Virus record (IMG/VR): IMGVR_UViG_3300042197_000111
Span: 1-26,298 of that record
Length of the DNA stretch: 26,298 nt
Direction: 5' to 3' (one strand)
Source: a virus
Lineage: Duplodnaviria; Caudoviricetes
The notes under the pieces were generated by a model. That model was not told the origin of the DNA, did no database searches, and was given only the letters and a program-made list of their open reading frames with translations. Below are positions 1 through 8,785 of this stretch, piece by piece. Within the stretch, counting starts at the first letter, position 1. Every line of letters starts with the position of its first letter. The translations under genes were made by a program, and so were the position numbers.

Positions 1-2652
1 AGACCTAACCGATAAAGTTCCTTCTACGGCTTGGTTGTTTTGATCTCGGACAACTAAAGGACTTAGGGTAATATCAAAAGTAAATTGATTACCTAAATAA
101 ATTGTTTTGTTATCCTCACTGTAGTTACCCTGAATAACAAACTCTTTAAAATTACCAGACGTTGCTACTGTTCCAACTACAGCTGTGTTTGGTATTTCAC
201 CACTCCAATTTGAACCAAACACAATGATAGAATTCGCTGTTGTATATGGTAAGTTAACAGGTATCTTATAGGTTGTGGTGTTGGTTACTGGGTCATAGAT
301 TGTATTTGGATCTGGATTTGAAGTTTTAGTTTTGAAAATAAAAACATCATCTAACCTAGGAGTTTCTATAGAGTCAGGTAATAAGTTTGTTCTTTGTAAG
401 AAATACTTATTATTATTTCTTACAACAGCATATAAGTAACTGTTGTATGCTTGGAGAGATTGAACATCGCTAGATGCACTGAGTATAAATTTATAGAACG
501 AACTTTGAATTAAACGATCTCCACTAAACCGAACAGTGTAAAAATAAATGTTGTTTGGGTTATCACTGTCAACTGTTATAATTGAATCGTGAGTGGGAGC
601 TGTGCAAGCAGCGCGATAATTTTTTGGAAGGTATCCAACTACAGAAGAAGAAACTTCTACAGCCGAAGCAAGTCCTAGTTTACCTTTGCCCATATACAAG
701 TATAATCTTTGAGCATCATAGAAATATAATTGAGAACCAATTGTTTGTGGTTCAACAATAGCTGATGTAGAGTAGTATGTAACGGGAGAAATAGAAACAT
801 TGGTAGGTGATAAGTTAGTTCCTTCTCCACCGGCAGACATTAATTGAAATTGAATGTTTGCTTTGGTGTTAACAAACAAGTAATCTTCAAAGGGAACCAT
901 TGAAACAACTTCTGCATAAGTATTAGAAGATGCGCGTACATCAATTGGATCTGAGTCTACAATGTTTGTTGCGTCTTCAATAAACAAATTCTCGTACTTT
1001 CCAAGAGCGGAGGAGAATACAATATCGTCAGCTGAAAACCACAGCCTGTCTTTAAAAACAGCCAATGATCTTATGCGTACATGTTTTAAACTCTTTCCAT
1101 TTGTTGTACGAAAAATACTGGGGCCGGGATTAGAATCTTTGGTACCAGATTCTCTTGGGGTCCAATCAATAGATGCAATAGAAAAAACTGGTAATGAGTT
1201 AACAATGTTTAAACTCAGTTTGTGTGGCATTCTGTTTGGATCAATATAAGACCACTCATCTGGAGTTCTAACTTTTTGAAGGTATGGATTATTAGTACCA
1301 ACAACAGCCTCTTTAACTGTACCATCTCCAGTGCCAACGCTAGTTGCCACAAACTTTACACCAACAGTATTACTGGCTGCTCCGTGGCTTGTAAAGGTTG
1401 TTGTCCCAACCACCAAGATTTCATACGCCTTACCAACAACCATACTGGTTGCATTTACTGCGGTTGTGCCATAGGTATATATTTCAGAATCTGGAAATGA
1501 AATAAACCTGTAGTAACCAGAAACAATATTTAAAAATGAATTCAGTGTTTTAGTTATCTTTCCTCTACCATTCACGCCACCAGTTATGTTGCCAAGGGGG
1601 TGATCTGAGTCATATAAGGCAGCTAACATAAGCTGTGCTTTGTTATCACCAGTTGTTATATTAGCGTTGTTACTGAACCAATCATCTTTTTGTGGGGGTA
1701 ACCGAATAACGCTTGCATCGTTTACTCGTTGACCAAGAAAAGCTAATCCAGGTTTATCATACAAGTAATCATCAACTGCAATATAGTTACCGTTTACACT
1801 GTCAGGAGTGTAGCCTAGGAAAACATCATCGGCTGTGTTTGGAATGTTGTCTATCCCAGGATCATATACTTTGATAACTTTGGCGGCGGTATAATAAGTC
1901 AGCTTTCTACCACGAATATCATCAGACCCTGTTACAACTCCACCTAGATCAAACAACTTACCCTCAACGTCTGAGCTAAAACCAGCATATACGTTTGTGT
2001 TTAAAATAATTAGTGAAGACCCTAATGTTGAAGCCTTTAGGGATTCTCTTGCAATCTTAGACGCAGCAGATCCATAGGTAAGGTATTGTCTTGTTGTTAG
2101 TTTTAATGTACCCGCAGCTACAGCAGCGGCATAACTTATACTGTTTGCTGTAGCATAGGCTTGTACTACAGTGCTGTTATTTGCATTACCTTGTGTTGCA
2201 TCTTGAATTGCTGGGTCTGTAGGATCCCATTGAGCGGGAATAGAAACATTTTTCCATGCATTGTTTGTTAACAGTTGGTATACATAGATTAGTTGTTTGT
2301 CTTTGGCTGTAGCTTTAAAATCAACAACAACTAAAAACCTTGTTTCTTCATTAATGTTATACCAATGAAACCAGAAGTCGCTGTTTTGTACATCACTTAG
2401 TTCAAATAAATCTAAGCGACTACTATTGTTGGCAAAGTCCCACCCTGTGTTATAAAGACCATCTATTGTATTTTGGTTGACAACAGTAAATCCAGATCGT
2501 TTTTCAATATTCTTTTCTAGCGTTACTAAAGCATTGTTAATATCTTCCGCATCTTGCGGTTGTCTTTTATTAGTTGCTTGTCTACTTACACTGAGAATAT
2601 TAGGAATTGATATTCTGGTTACGGTATCTCCAATAGATTGTCTTCTTGCCAT
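1..2652 (-). CDS. Tail tubular protein B / nozzle (T7 gp12-like), 3'-truncated at the window edge
   Basis: Not in the ORF track. ATG at 2650-2652, just after the gp11-like stop. My translation starts MARRQSIGDTVTRISIPNILSVSRQATNKRQPQDAEDINNALVTLEKNIEKRSGF, which resembles the gp12 N-terminus (S-Q...KR.G). Later segments include MPHKL, FKDRLWF and DPIDV. Position after tail tubular A fits. Confidence 0.88.
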   Translation of the reverse strand, partial: MARRQSIGDTVTRISIPNILSVSRQATNKRQPQDAEDINNALVTLEKNIEKRSGFTVVNQNTIDGLYNTGWDFANNSSRLDLFELSDVQNSDFWFHWYNINEETRFLVVVDFKATAKDKQLIYVYQLLTNNAWKNVSIPAQWDPTDPAIQDATQGNANNSTVVQAYATANSISYAAAVAAGTLKLTTRQYLTYGSAASKIARESLKASTLGSSLIILNTNVYAGFSSDVEGKLFDLGGVVTGSDDIRGRKLTYYTAAKVIKVYDPGIDNIPNTADDVFLGYTPDSVNGNYIAVDDYLYDKPGLAFLGQRVNDASVIRLPPQKDDWFSNNANITTGDNKAQLMLAALYDSDHPLGNITGGVNGRGKITKTLNSFLNIVSGYYRFISFPDSEIYTYGTTAVNATSMVVGKAYEILVVGTTTFTSHGAASNTVGVKFVATSVGTGDGTVKEAVVGTNNPYLQKVRTPDEWSYIDPNRMPHKLSLNIVNSLPVFSIASIDWTPRESGTKDSNPGPSIFRTTNGKSLKHVRIRSLAVFKDRLWFSADDIVFSSALGKYENLFIEDATNIVDSDPIDVRASSNTYAEVVSMVPFEDYLFVNTKANIQFQLMSAGGEGTNLSPTNVSISPVTYYSTSAIVEPQTIGSQLYFYDAQRLYLYMGKGKLGLASAVEVSSSVVGYLPKNYRAACTAPTHDSIITVDSDNPNNIYFYTVRFSGDRLIQSSFYKFILSASSDVQSLQAYNSYLYAVVRNNNKYFLQRTNLLPDSIETPRLDDVFIFKTKTSNPDPNTIYDPVTNTTTYKIPVNLPYTTANSIIVFGSNWSGEIPNTAVVGTVATSGNFKEFVIQGNYSEDNKTIYLGNQFTFDITLSPLVVRDQNNQAVEGTLSVRS

Positions 2653-2655
2653 ATG

Positions 2656-3327
2656 TTATCCTCGTGTTCTCCAGAATCTAAAACGACTGGGATCGTTGGT
2701 ATAAGCATTTCTGTTTACAGCAGATTGAAGCGAGGGATCTCCGCTAGAAAATATATTCTTTTTCTTATCATTTATATCAGCTGCTTTACCCTTAGCATTA
2801 AAAACTTGTTGTTGAAACGCCAAGTAAGCATCCGTTGAGGGATCTCCTTGTGTTAATATTTGGTAGTCCCGCATGGCTGAACTAAGGATTGCTCTTTGTA
2901 CTGCTGTGTCTAGATTATCCCAAGGCAGTTTCATTATAAGCTCAACATAATAATCTACATTTGGTTCAAATATATCTGTATCGTCAGTTATATTCCACAA
3001 ACGAATAGGCGATTCATTTAAAACACGAACTCTAATTTGTGTGTTATCTGAGTTTATATGAAACGAAACAAGTTCGGCAGCGATAACACCTAGCTCATCG
3101 TTATCGGCTACAGGTAATACTAGCTTACTGAAAACATTGGTATTCATTTTACGAACAACTTTATTATTAGCCATACCACGCATTTGAAAATCTAAGCTGC
3201 ATTGTTCTAGGATGTGTTCAGCAATACCTGTATCTACACCACTAGAGTTTTCTAAGTCTGCAACTAAGTTTTCACCAGCCGTTAACAGCATTTGATTAAC
3301 AGCTTGTAGTCTTGTAATTAAACCCAT
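2656..3327 (-). CDS. Tail tubular protein A / adaptor (T7 gp11-like)
   Basis: N-terminal 'TRLQAVNQMLLTAGENLV' matches the gp11 pattern (L.AVN.ML..IGE.PV). 223 aa, directly after the capsid terminator, with SD AAGGAGG upstream. Confidence 0.9.
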   Translation of the reverse strand: MGLITRLQAVNQMLLTAGENLVADLENSSGVDTGIAEHILEQCSLDFQMRGMANNKVVRKMNTNVFSKLVLPVADNDELGVIAAELVSFHINSDNTQIRVRVLNESPIRLWNITDDTDIFEPNVDYYVELIMKLPWDNLDTAVQRAILSSAMRDYQILTQGDPSTDAYLAFQQQVFNAKGKAADINDKKKNIFSSGDPSLQSAVNRNAYTNDPSRFRFWRTRG

Positions 3328-3343
3328 ATATGCCTCCTTGTTT

Positions 3344-3377
3344 AAAAACCCCCAAGTTTCGTTAGAAACTTGAAGGC
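3344..3377 (-). terminator. Intrinsic terminator after the major capsid gene (T-phi position)
   Basis: Minus strand GCCTTCAAGTTTC-TAAC-GAAACTTGGGGGT-TTTT: a 13-bp stem including G:U pairs, a 4-nt loop and a U-tract, between the capsid stop and the gp11 SD. Confidence 0.85.
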
Positions 3378-3398
3378 AGAAATAAAATGTAATAAAAA

Positions 3399-4592
3399 TT
3401 ATGCAGTTACTGCATACTGAGCAGTCAAAGTTGATGCACCGAAGAGAGAGACAAGCTCTGATCTTGCATCAATTTCGGCACTTGTATCTGCCGCAGCAGC
3501 ACTTGTAGTGCCTACCAAGATCTGGCACAATTCAGGTCGCAGAATCCCAGTACCCTTAAGCATACTGGCAACTGTAAACTGAGTGTTGCGACGAACATCT
3601 TGAACAGTATCTACCTTCATACCCATTAAGGATAATCCAGCAACTGCTTCTTTTTGGAAGATGATTCCAAAAATATTAACTGTGTTGCAAGTGAGGTTAT
3701 ACTTGGCTTCTCCAATCGACGCGGAGGTTAAATCTGTACGTGGAATGTGGTTTGATTTACAAATTTTCACACCCATGTAATCTAAATAATCACCCATTCC
3801 ATTCATTCCAGCAAAGCCAGCTGGACCAGCGCCACCATATGCATGACCCGCTGTAAACAGTGGGTTGTTGGCAAAGGAGGTGGTAAGTCTTGGAATACCA
3901 AGCGCACGAATAACTTGGAATACTTTTGGTGGAACCACACAATGAACATCATTGATTGGGAAGTTGTTTTCTTGCATGTGAACAAGATAGTTCTCAATGC
4001 TTTGAAGAATAGCCAATGCAACAGTTTCTGAACAATTACTTACAGCTACACCAATAGCTGATGCAGAAGTATCCACAACAGCTGGTGCTGGGAGTTCATT
4101 TGCAGTAATACCTCTAGGATCAGAGGCTAGTGGGGCAGCAACACAAGCACCAATTAAGGTAGAGATAATTTGCTTATCTCTTGTGTTTGCTAGGGTTAGA
4201 CCAGCTTGTCTTGCAAGCTCGCTGCGGTAGTCCCACTGAGTAACCAATAAATCTACATTATCGGTTTCAAAGTGTGCTGCCATAGGGCGCTTGTCAAGAT
4301 TAATCTTGAAGGTTGTGCTGCTTGAGTCACCACCAACAAGCTCTTCACCAGCATCCCAAGCGGCTTGTAAAGAAACGGTACCTGTTACTGGAAACTCATA
4401 CGAAAAACCACCGCTAAGTGATTTGTTCATAATTAAGTTTTCAAACATGTTGTACTCGTCATACGCATTAATTACTTCACCAGACCACAGGGGCAGCCAG
4501 AGCTTGTTTGCTCCTGCTGCACCACCTAATGGTCCATCTCCTACTGCTGTTCGCAGTACTAAATCACCTGCTGCTAAATTATCTCCGGCCAT
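3399..4592 (-). CDS. Major capsid protein (T7 gp10-like)
   Basis: Motifs LWLPLWSGEV, DYRSELARQAGLTLANTRD, YMGVKICKSNHIP and G.GILRPE resemble T7-like MCPs. Lies after the scaffold, with SD AGGAG at 4601-4605. Confidence 0.93.
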   Translation of the reverse strand: MAGDNLAAGDLVLRTAVGDGPLGGAAGANKLWLPLWSGEVINAYDEYNMFENLIMNKSLSGGFSYEFPVTGTVSLQAAWDAGEELVGGDSSSTTFKINLDKRPMAAHFETDNVDLLVTQWDYRSELARQAGLTLANTRDKQIISTLIGACVAAPLASDPRGITANELPAPAVVDTSASAIGVAVSNCSETVALAILQSIENYLVHMQENNFPINDVHCVVPPKVFQVIRALGIPRLTTSFANNPLFTAGHAYGGAGPAGFAGMNGMGDYLDYMGVKICKSNHIPRTDLTSASIGEAKYNLTCNTVNIFGIIFQKEAVAGLSLMGMKVDTVQDVRRNTQFTVASMLKGTGILRPELCQILVGTTSAAAADTSAEIDARSELVSLFGASTLTAQYAVTA

Positions 4593-4627
4593 TTTAAAAT
4601 CTCCTAAAAAAATTATGTAACTAGAAA

Positions 4628-4775
4628 AGACAATAGAAGATTACACAGAATCAGTAATTCTTTTCAGAGTTGATGTCTATGCTAATTTTAATACCAAGAA
4701 TAACCATTGCACCTAAGTGGGGTTTTTTGCTGGGTATAAAATTATAATAAGTTTTCTCAGTCTTAAATTGAAAAC
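4628..4775 (-). promoter_or_regulatory. Structured non-coding leader of the capsid gene (tandem imperfect hairpins)
   Basis: Longest intergenic gap in the window (4593-4775). Hairpins on the minus strand: GTTTTC...GAAAAC (4751-4775); ATACC-CAG...AACC-C-CAC-TTAG-GTG-CAAT-GGTT...CTT-GGTAT (4691-4737); AGACA...ATTAC...GTAAT...TGTCT (4628-4678). Confidence 0.45.
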
Positions 4776-5735
4776 TTATGGTTGTAGTTTGTTAAAGTCG
4801 GTTTGTAACATACGCCTTTCGACAGCTGCTCTAAACTTGGCATCTGTTACAAACCTTGGATTATTTCTTTCACTTGAAAATTCCCTCTTTGTTCTATAAG
4901 GCATATCGGGAACTTGTGTATTAGCTATAGCTGGCTTGCTTGTAGTTGGACTTGTTGTTGGTTCTGTCTTCCGCATGTTTGGATTTTTCTTATCATACAT
5001 GCTGTTTAAACCTAGTAAAGCAATTTCCCAATTAGCACTAGCTAAAGAAGCGTTCATGTTATCTTGTTCTGCTTGAGATAAATTCTTACTGGCCCAAGTA
5101 AACAAAGTGTTTAGCCTATCCTTACCACCAATGATATCGGCAGCTTTAGTATAAGCCATTTCAATTTTAGCTTTTTGACCAGTCATGTATTCATTGATAA
5201 CATAATCTGGTAACTTAGTTTTTTCCCTGATTAAAGTTTGGGTTTCTTCACTAAGTGTTCCCTTAGTAGCAAACTCAACAGTCCAGTTTTTCCAATCAGA
5301 CTCACTGACAACTGGCTCGCTTACTGGTTTAACTTCGGGGGGTGGTTCATTCTTTGGAATCTTAAGAACTTCAGGTAAAGGTTTTGTTGGTGTTTCTTGT
5401 ATAACCTTAGGGGGTTCTTGTTCCTTGAAGTCTTTATTTACAGAACCTTTTTCTGCATACATTGTTTTTAAAGCAGCAAGTTCTTGTCTAGACTTGGTGT
5501 ATTCTCTTTGGGCATTCTTTAAACTGTCAAACCAAGCGCCCGCATCTTTAAAATTTTCTGGAATTTTATCACCAGAGTTTTTAACATAAGCTTCAAACGC
5601 AAGTCTTTCCTTTGCATTCTGTACATCTTGCTCTGTAGAAACTAGGGATTGTTCCGAATTTTTAAGATCAACTTGAGCCTGAGATTCAGGTTGTTCTTCT
5701 TGATAGTCAAATTCTGGAGTCTCATTATCAGACAT
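4776..5735 (-). CDS. Capsid scaffolding protein (T7 gp9-like)
   Basis: Acidic N-terminus, 'IGGKDRLNTLFTWASKNLS' (gp9-like GG...Y..L..WA..NL) and C-terminal 'NPRFVTDAKFRAAVERRM' (DPRY..D..YR..V). Directly upstream of the MCP. Confidence 0.88.
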   Translation of the reverse strand: MSDNETPEFDYQEEQPESQAQVDLKNSEQSLVSTEQDVQNAKERLAFEAYVKNSGDKIPENFKDAGAWFDSLKNAQREYTKSRQELAALKTMYAEKGSVNKDFKEQEPPKVIQETPTKPLPEVLKIPKNEPPPEVKPVSEPVVSESDWKNWTVEFATKGTLSEETQTLIREKTKLPDYVINEYMTGQKAKIEMAYTKAADIIGGKDRLNTLFTWASKNLSQAEQDNMNASLASANWEIALLGLNSMYDKKNPNMRKTEPTTSPTTSKPAIANTQVPDMPYRTKREFSSERNNPRFVTDAKFRAAVERRMLQTDFNKLQP

Positions 5736-5737
5736 TC

Positions 5738-5845
5738 TTAGCCTTTCTTTGATTTACTATTAGCCTTAGGATTGACCTTGGCTTGTGCATGTTTACCAGT
5801 CAATCTGGTTGTTGTACCACAATTACATTTAAATTTAGTTTTCAT
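5738..5845 (-). CDS. Small basic Cys-containing protein (35 aa), not in the ORF track
   Basis: My translation is MKTKFKCNCGTTTRLTGKHAQAKVNPKANSKSKKG*. The start overlaps the upstream stop (ATGA) and the stop lies 2 nt before the scaffold ATG, filling the gap exactly. Confidence 0.65.
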   Translation of the reverse strand: MKTKFKCNCGTTTRLTGKHAQAKVNPKANSKSKKG

Positions 5846-6066
5846 TTCCAAGATACTCTCTTACCGGATTTCTTAGCACGAACACCTTTGGCTGTACACA
5901 TTGATTTAGTTGGACGGCAAGCAGGATAAGAACCTTTACCAGCCTTGGAACGACCACATGGTCCCCCTGTCTTACAGTTAATCCAACCCTTGCCGTTGTT
6001 ACGAGAAAACCAACCGTGTAAACCCTTCTTTTTTTCTAAAGAAAAATCGGCTTTTTTCTTTGCCAT
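5842..6066 (-). CDS. Small basic Cys-rich hypothetical protein (GLxxWF...CGR...YPxCRP type)
   Basis: 74 aa, Lys-rich, 4 Cys, with TAATG coupling to the upstream ORF. I recall this motif from other aquatic viruses (unverified). Confidence 0.78.
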   Translation of the reverse strand: MAKKKADFSLEKKKGLHGWFSRNNGKGWINCKTGGPCGRSKAGKGSYPACRPTKSMCTAKGVRAKKSGKRVSWK

Positions 6067-6365
6067 TACTTTTTACACTTTCTATTCTTGGGGCACGAGG
6101 CTTTTGATCCACCCGACCCAGCCCATAAATTCTTACAAGCCCAGTATCTAGCGGATAGTTTATTAGTAGCAGAATCACATTTATGCCTAGCCTTGAAAGA
6201 TTTTCTAGCACCAGCACTGTAGTTATGACCATAACCCGTAGCACCATAATGAATAATTTTTTCTTTACCATTAGCGCAAGCTTTAACAACTCTTTTTTTG
6301 TTGGGGTTGGGAGACTTGCGAGGTTTGTTACAAGGCATACTAGCTTTATCTAATTTCTTTGCCAT
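6066..6365 (-). CDS. Small basic Cys-rich hypothetical protein (RKSFxARHxC...ARYWxC type)
   Basis: Start moved to the ATG at 6363-6365 (MAKKLDKASMPC..., 99 aa), 1 nt after the upstream stop. 26 K/R and 6 Cys. Confidence 0.8.
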   Translation of the reverse strand: MAKKLDKASMPCNKPRKSPNPNKKRVVKACANGKEKIIHYGATGYGHNYSAGARKSFKARHKCDSATNKLSARYWACKNLWAGSGGSKASCPKNRKCKK

Positions 6366-6366
6366 A

Positions 6367-6501
6367 TTATTTTTTTCTCTTACCCCAGTTTTTTGCACCA
6401 ACTTTACGACACTTAACCAAAGCTCCGCTGGCATAAGCCGAGGGCCACTTAGTATATCTAGATTTTACTTTGTGATAACAAGCATCTTTTTTACTGGGCA
6501 T
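6367..6501 (-). CDS. Small basic hypothetical protein (KDACYHKVKSRY..WPSAYASGALVKCR type)
   Basis: Start moved to the ATG at 6499-6501, with SD AAGGA in the portal 3' end. 44 aa, 14 K/R, 1 acidic residue. Confidence 0.78.
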   Translation of the reverse strand: MPSKKDACYHKVKSRYTKWPSAYASGALVKCRKVGAKNWGKRKK

Positions 6502-6505
6502 ATTT

Positions 6506-8089
6506 TTATCCTTGGAATGCTGACATATCAACACCAGCATTTTGTAATACATTAGCAACACCTTGACCACCCGTTTGTTGAACATCTTGAATAGCAGCAG
6601 CAGTACCAGCTTTAGCTAATACTTGTTGTGCCTGTTGCTGTTGTTGCATCATTTGTTCTTGGGCTTGTTGTTGTTGCATCATTTGTTGTTGTTCTTCCTC
6701 AGAGATAACCCAGTTTCTTGAATCAAATCCTAAGGATGATATCAATGCTTTGGCATACTCAGACCACTTAAAGGAAGTAAGAGCAGACTCAGGAAGATTA
6801 CGAACCATCTCTCCCATTTGCATTAGTTTTTGTAGGTCTGTATCTCTAGATAAAGCTTGCAATCCAGTAACAACTTCAATATTCAATGTACCATCTTTGT
6901 TAAAGAATTGATCATACATTCTTTTATCTAAAGAACCATCTTCAATCATTAAGAAAACAACTCTTTTAATAATGGGTTCAAGTAAATCTCTGGCTATGGC
7001 AGAGAACGCACCACCTAGAATTGTTTCTAACTCTGAACCAATCATTCTAACAGCAGTCGCGGTTACTCTATCTCCACTAGGGATAGAGCTTGCTGACATT
7101 AAGAAAGCTTGCCCAATCTCCCGACGCATAACCTCTACTGCTGTCTGTGCTGCTGAGATTTGAGTGTTCATTGTTTGACTGGGGGACAACACAAACACAT
7201 CTTCTTTCCTAGCGGGAACCCAAGAGCCGTTGGATTGACTGGCTACGTCATCAATCTCAGTGATACCACTAGGGTCTAAGCACATCCAGAATGCTGTGGA
7301 AGCAGCCATACCATCAAGCATTGCTTTGGTGTATGAGTCTAATGATTGGAGATCACCAAGTGTATCCTCGCAGTGTGACCTACCATAGTTTTCACCAGCA
7401 ACGCCATACCACCTTAAGATAGAAACGGGGCAAATTTCATAAACACCTTCAGCTAATAAATCCCCGTCTGCGTTTTCTTTTCTATAATCCCAACCACCAT
7501 CTTTGTTTAACATCAGTTGACAGAAATGTTTTTCATATCCTTGTTTTTCTACGCCAAACATTTGATATGAAATAGCATCTTCATCTTGTAAAGCATACTC
7601 TATAAAAATAATTTCTTGAACAGAACCATCAACAGCGCGTTGAACTACATAGTGATCTAGTCTTGTTGATCTAAATTTATAATCATCTTCTATGTGTATT
7701 AGAGAATCACCAACAACAATCAAGGATTGAATAGCTTGGTATACAGTTTCTCTTAAGTTTGTAGAAGACAATCTTCTATATACTTGATAACATAAGGTTT
7801 CTAGGTATGCTTTTATTTCAACAGAAGGATCAACACCAGACTTAAGATTAAATTTAAAGAATGGTGTATCATTTACAGGCATCATAGCAGACAGCATTCG
7901 ACTAGCTAAAGAAGTAACTCCTCTGGAACCAACCGAAGAAAAGGGCTGGGGCAGCATTTGTTCTTCTGTCCACCCTTCTGGTGGTAGAAGAGATGGGATG
8001 GTTAATGCAGCACAGTACCGTGATCTAACCAGTTTAGAGTTTCGGTTTGAGTGTAGTCTAGAAAATCTATCTGCTAATGAGTTGTTCAT
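6506..8089 (-). CDS. Portal / head-tail connector (T7 gp8-like)
   Basis: Motifs LTIPSLLP, SVGSRGVTSLASRM, GENYGRSHCED.LGDL.SL, RVTATAVR...ELE..LGG.FS and VTGLQALSR. 527 aa. Confidence 0.95.
   Translation of the reverse strand: MNNSLADRFSRLHSNRNSKLVRSRYCAALTIPSLLPPEGWTEEQMLPQPFSSVGSRGVTSLASRMLSAMMPVNDTPFFKFNLKSGVDPSVEIKAYLETLCYQVYRRLSSTNLRETVYQAIQSLIVVGDSLIHIEDDYKFRSTRLDHYVVQRAVDGSVQEIIFIEYALQDEDAISYQMFGVEKQGYEKHFCQLMLNKDGGWDYRKENADGDLLAEGVYEICPVSILRWYGVAGENYGRSHCEDTLGDLQSLDSYTKAMLDGMAASTAFWMCLDPSGITEIDDVASQSNGSWVPARKEDVFVLSPSQTMNTQISAAQTAVEVMRREIGQAFLMSASSIPSGDRVTATAVRMIGSELETILGGAFSAIARDLLEPIIKRVVFLMIEDGSLDKRMYDQFFNKDGTLNIEVVTGLQALSRDTDLQKLMQMGEMVRNLPESALTSFKWSEYAKALISSLGFDSRNWVISEEEQQQMMQQQQAQEQMMQQQQQAQQVLAKAGTAAAIQDVQQTGGQGVANVLQNAGVDMSAFQG
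6639..6687. repeat. 19-nt direct repeat with 30-nt period in the Gln-rich portal C-terminus
   Basis: tgttgttgcatcatttgtt at 6639-6657 and 6669-6687, encoding QMMQQQ twice. Confidence 0.7.
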
Positions 8090-8090
8090 A

Positions 8091-8432
8091 TTATGTACCT
8101 GGTGTATTTAAACCTGTATAAAGAGAAGAAAAGAAATCTAAATTAGATACATTAGAACCTGTCATTCCTTGCTGTTGACCTGCTTCTGCCTGAGCATTAG
8201 CTTCTGTTATAGCTTCTTGTTCGGCTTGTGTAGCTTTTTGAATTTCTCTTTCTTCTTCTTGTTGCATTCTAGCTCGTTCTGCTGCTTCTCTAGCTACTCG
8301 TCTAGCTTCCGAAGCTTCGGCATCAGATCTTCGCTGAGCTTCTTGTTGTGCTTGAAATTCTCTTTCTTCTTTTAACAACTGTTGTTGTTCGGAAAATGTC
8401 ATACCTCCCGAAATAGTAGGACTACCACCCAT
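8091..8432 (-). CDS. Putative small virion/assembly protein (position of T7 gp6.7/gp7.3), coiled coil
   Basis: Starts MGGSP, has an E/Q/A/R-rich helix and SD GGAGG, and lies immediately upstream of the portal. Function inferred from position only. Confidence 0.6.
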   Translation of the reverse strand: MGGSPTISGGMTFSEQQQLLKEEREFQAQQEAQRRSDAEASEARRVAREAAERARMQQEEEREIQKATQAEQEAITEANAQAEAGQQQGMTGSNVSNLDFFSSLYTGLNTPGT

Positions 8433-8628
8433 AAGTACCTCCAGATTCTTTTTGTTTATTACATATTGTTTTTAGTTTATTAATTAACTCTATTTGCCCA
8501 GCTCTAAAAGAACACTTGCGTGTCCATTGTTCCGATGTTAATTCAGGATCATACTCAAGTTGTGGATACATCTTTTCCAATAGGTCTACCAACTTTGGGT
8601 CTATCCTGGGATAGATTTCTTGTTTCAT
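8422..8628 (-). CDS. Conserved hypothetical protein of T7-like phages
   Basis: Pattern 'L...LEK.YP...FRAGQ..LI..LK', which I recall from small pre-portal genes of aquatic podophages. Overlaps both neighbours in the operon. Confidence 0.7.
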   Translation of the reverse strand: MKQEIYPRIDPKLVDLLEKMYPQLEYDPELTSEQWTRKCSFRAGQIELINKLKTICNKQKESGGTYGW

Positions 8629-8785
8629 TTACTTGTTTGTCCATAGATGTTTTAAGGTTGTTTACAGTTTCTGTAAGTTTTTCTAGTTCTTTATAAAGTT
8701 CTTTTAACATTAATCTAATGTCCGAAGAACTTAAGTTTGCAATATTTGTATTTAATCTTATTTTAAAACTATCTTGATAGCTCAT
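8555..8785 (-). CDS. Hypothetical protein (coiled coil)
   Basis: ATGA overlap with the upstream ORF, SD AAGGA, and heptad pattern LKELYKELEKLTETVNNLK. Confidence 0.65.
   Translation of the reverse strand: MSYQDSFKIRLNTNIANLSSSDIRLMLKELYKELEKLTETVNNLKTSMDKQVNETRNLSQDRPKVGRPIGKDVSTT

Noticed and set aside
3378-3450. T7 10A/10B-type capsid frameshift extension
   Set aside because: No slippery heptamer is evident near the MCP end, and the terminator and gp11-like gene follow within about 70 nt, leaving no room for an extension.
4741-4775. Sigma70 promoter for the capsid gene (TATAAT at 4741-4746)
   Set aside because: No convincing -35 or extended -10, and TATAAT is expected by chance in AT-rich DNA. 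Mentioned only as a caveat.
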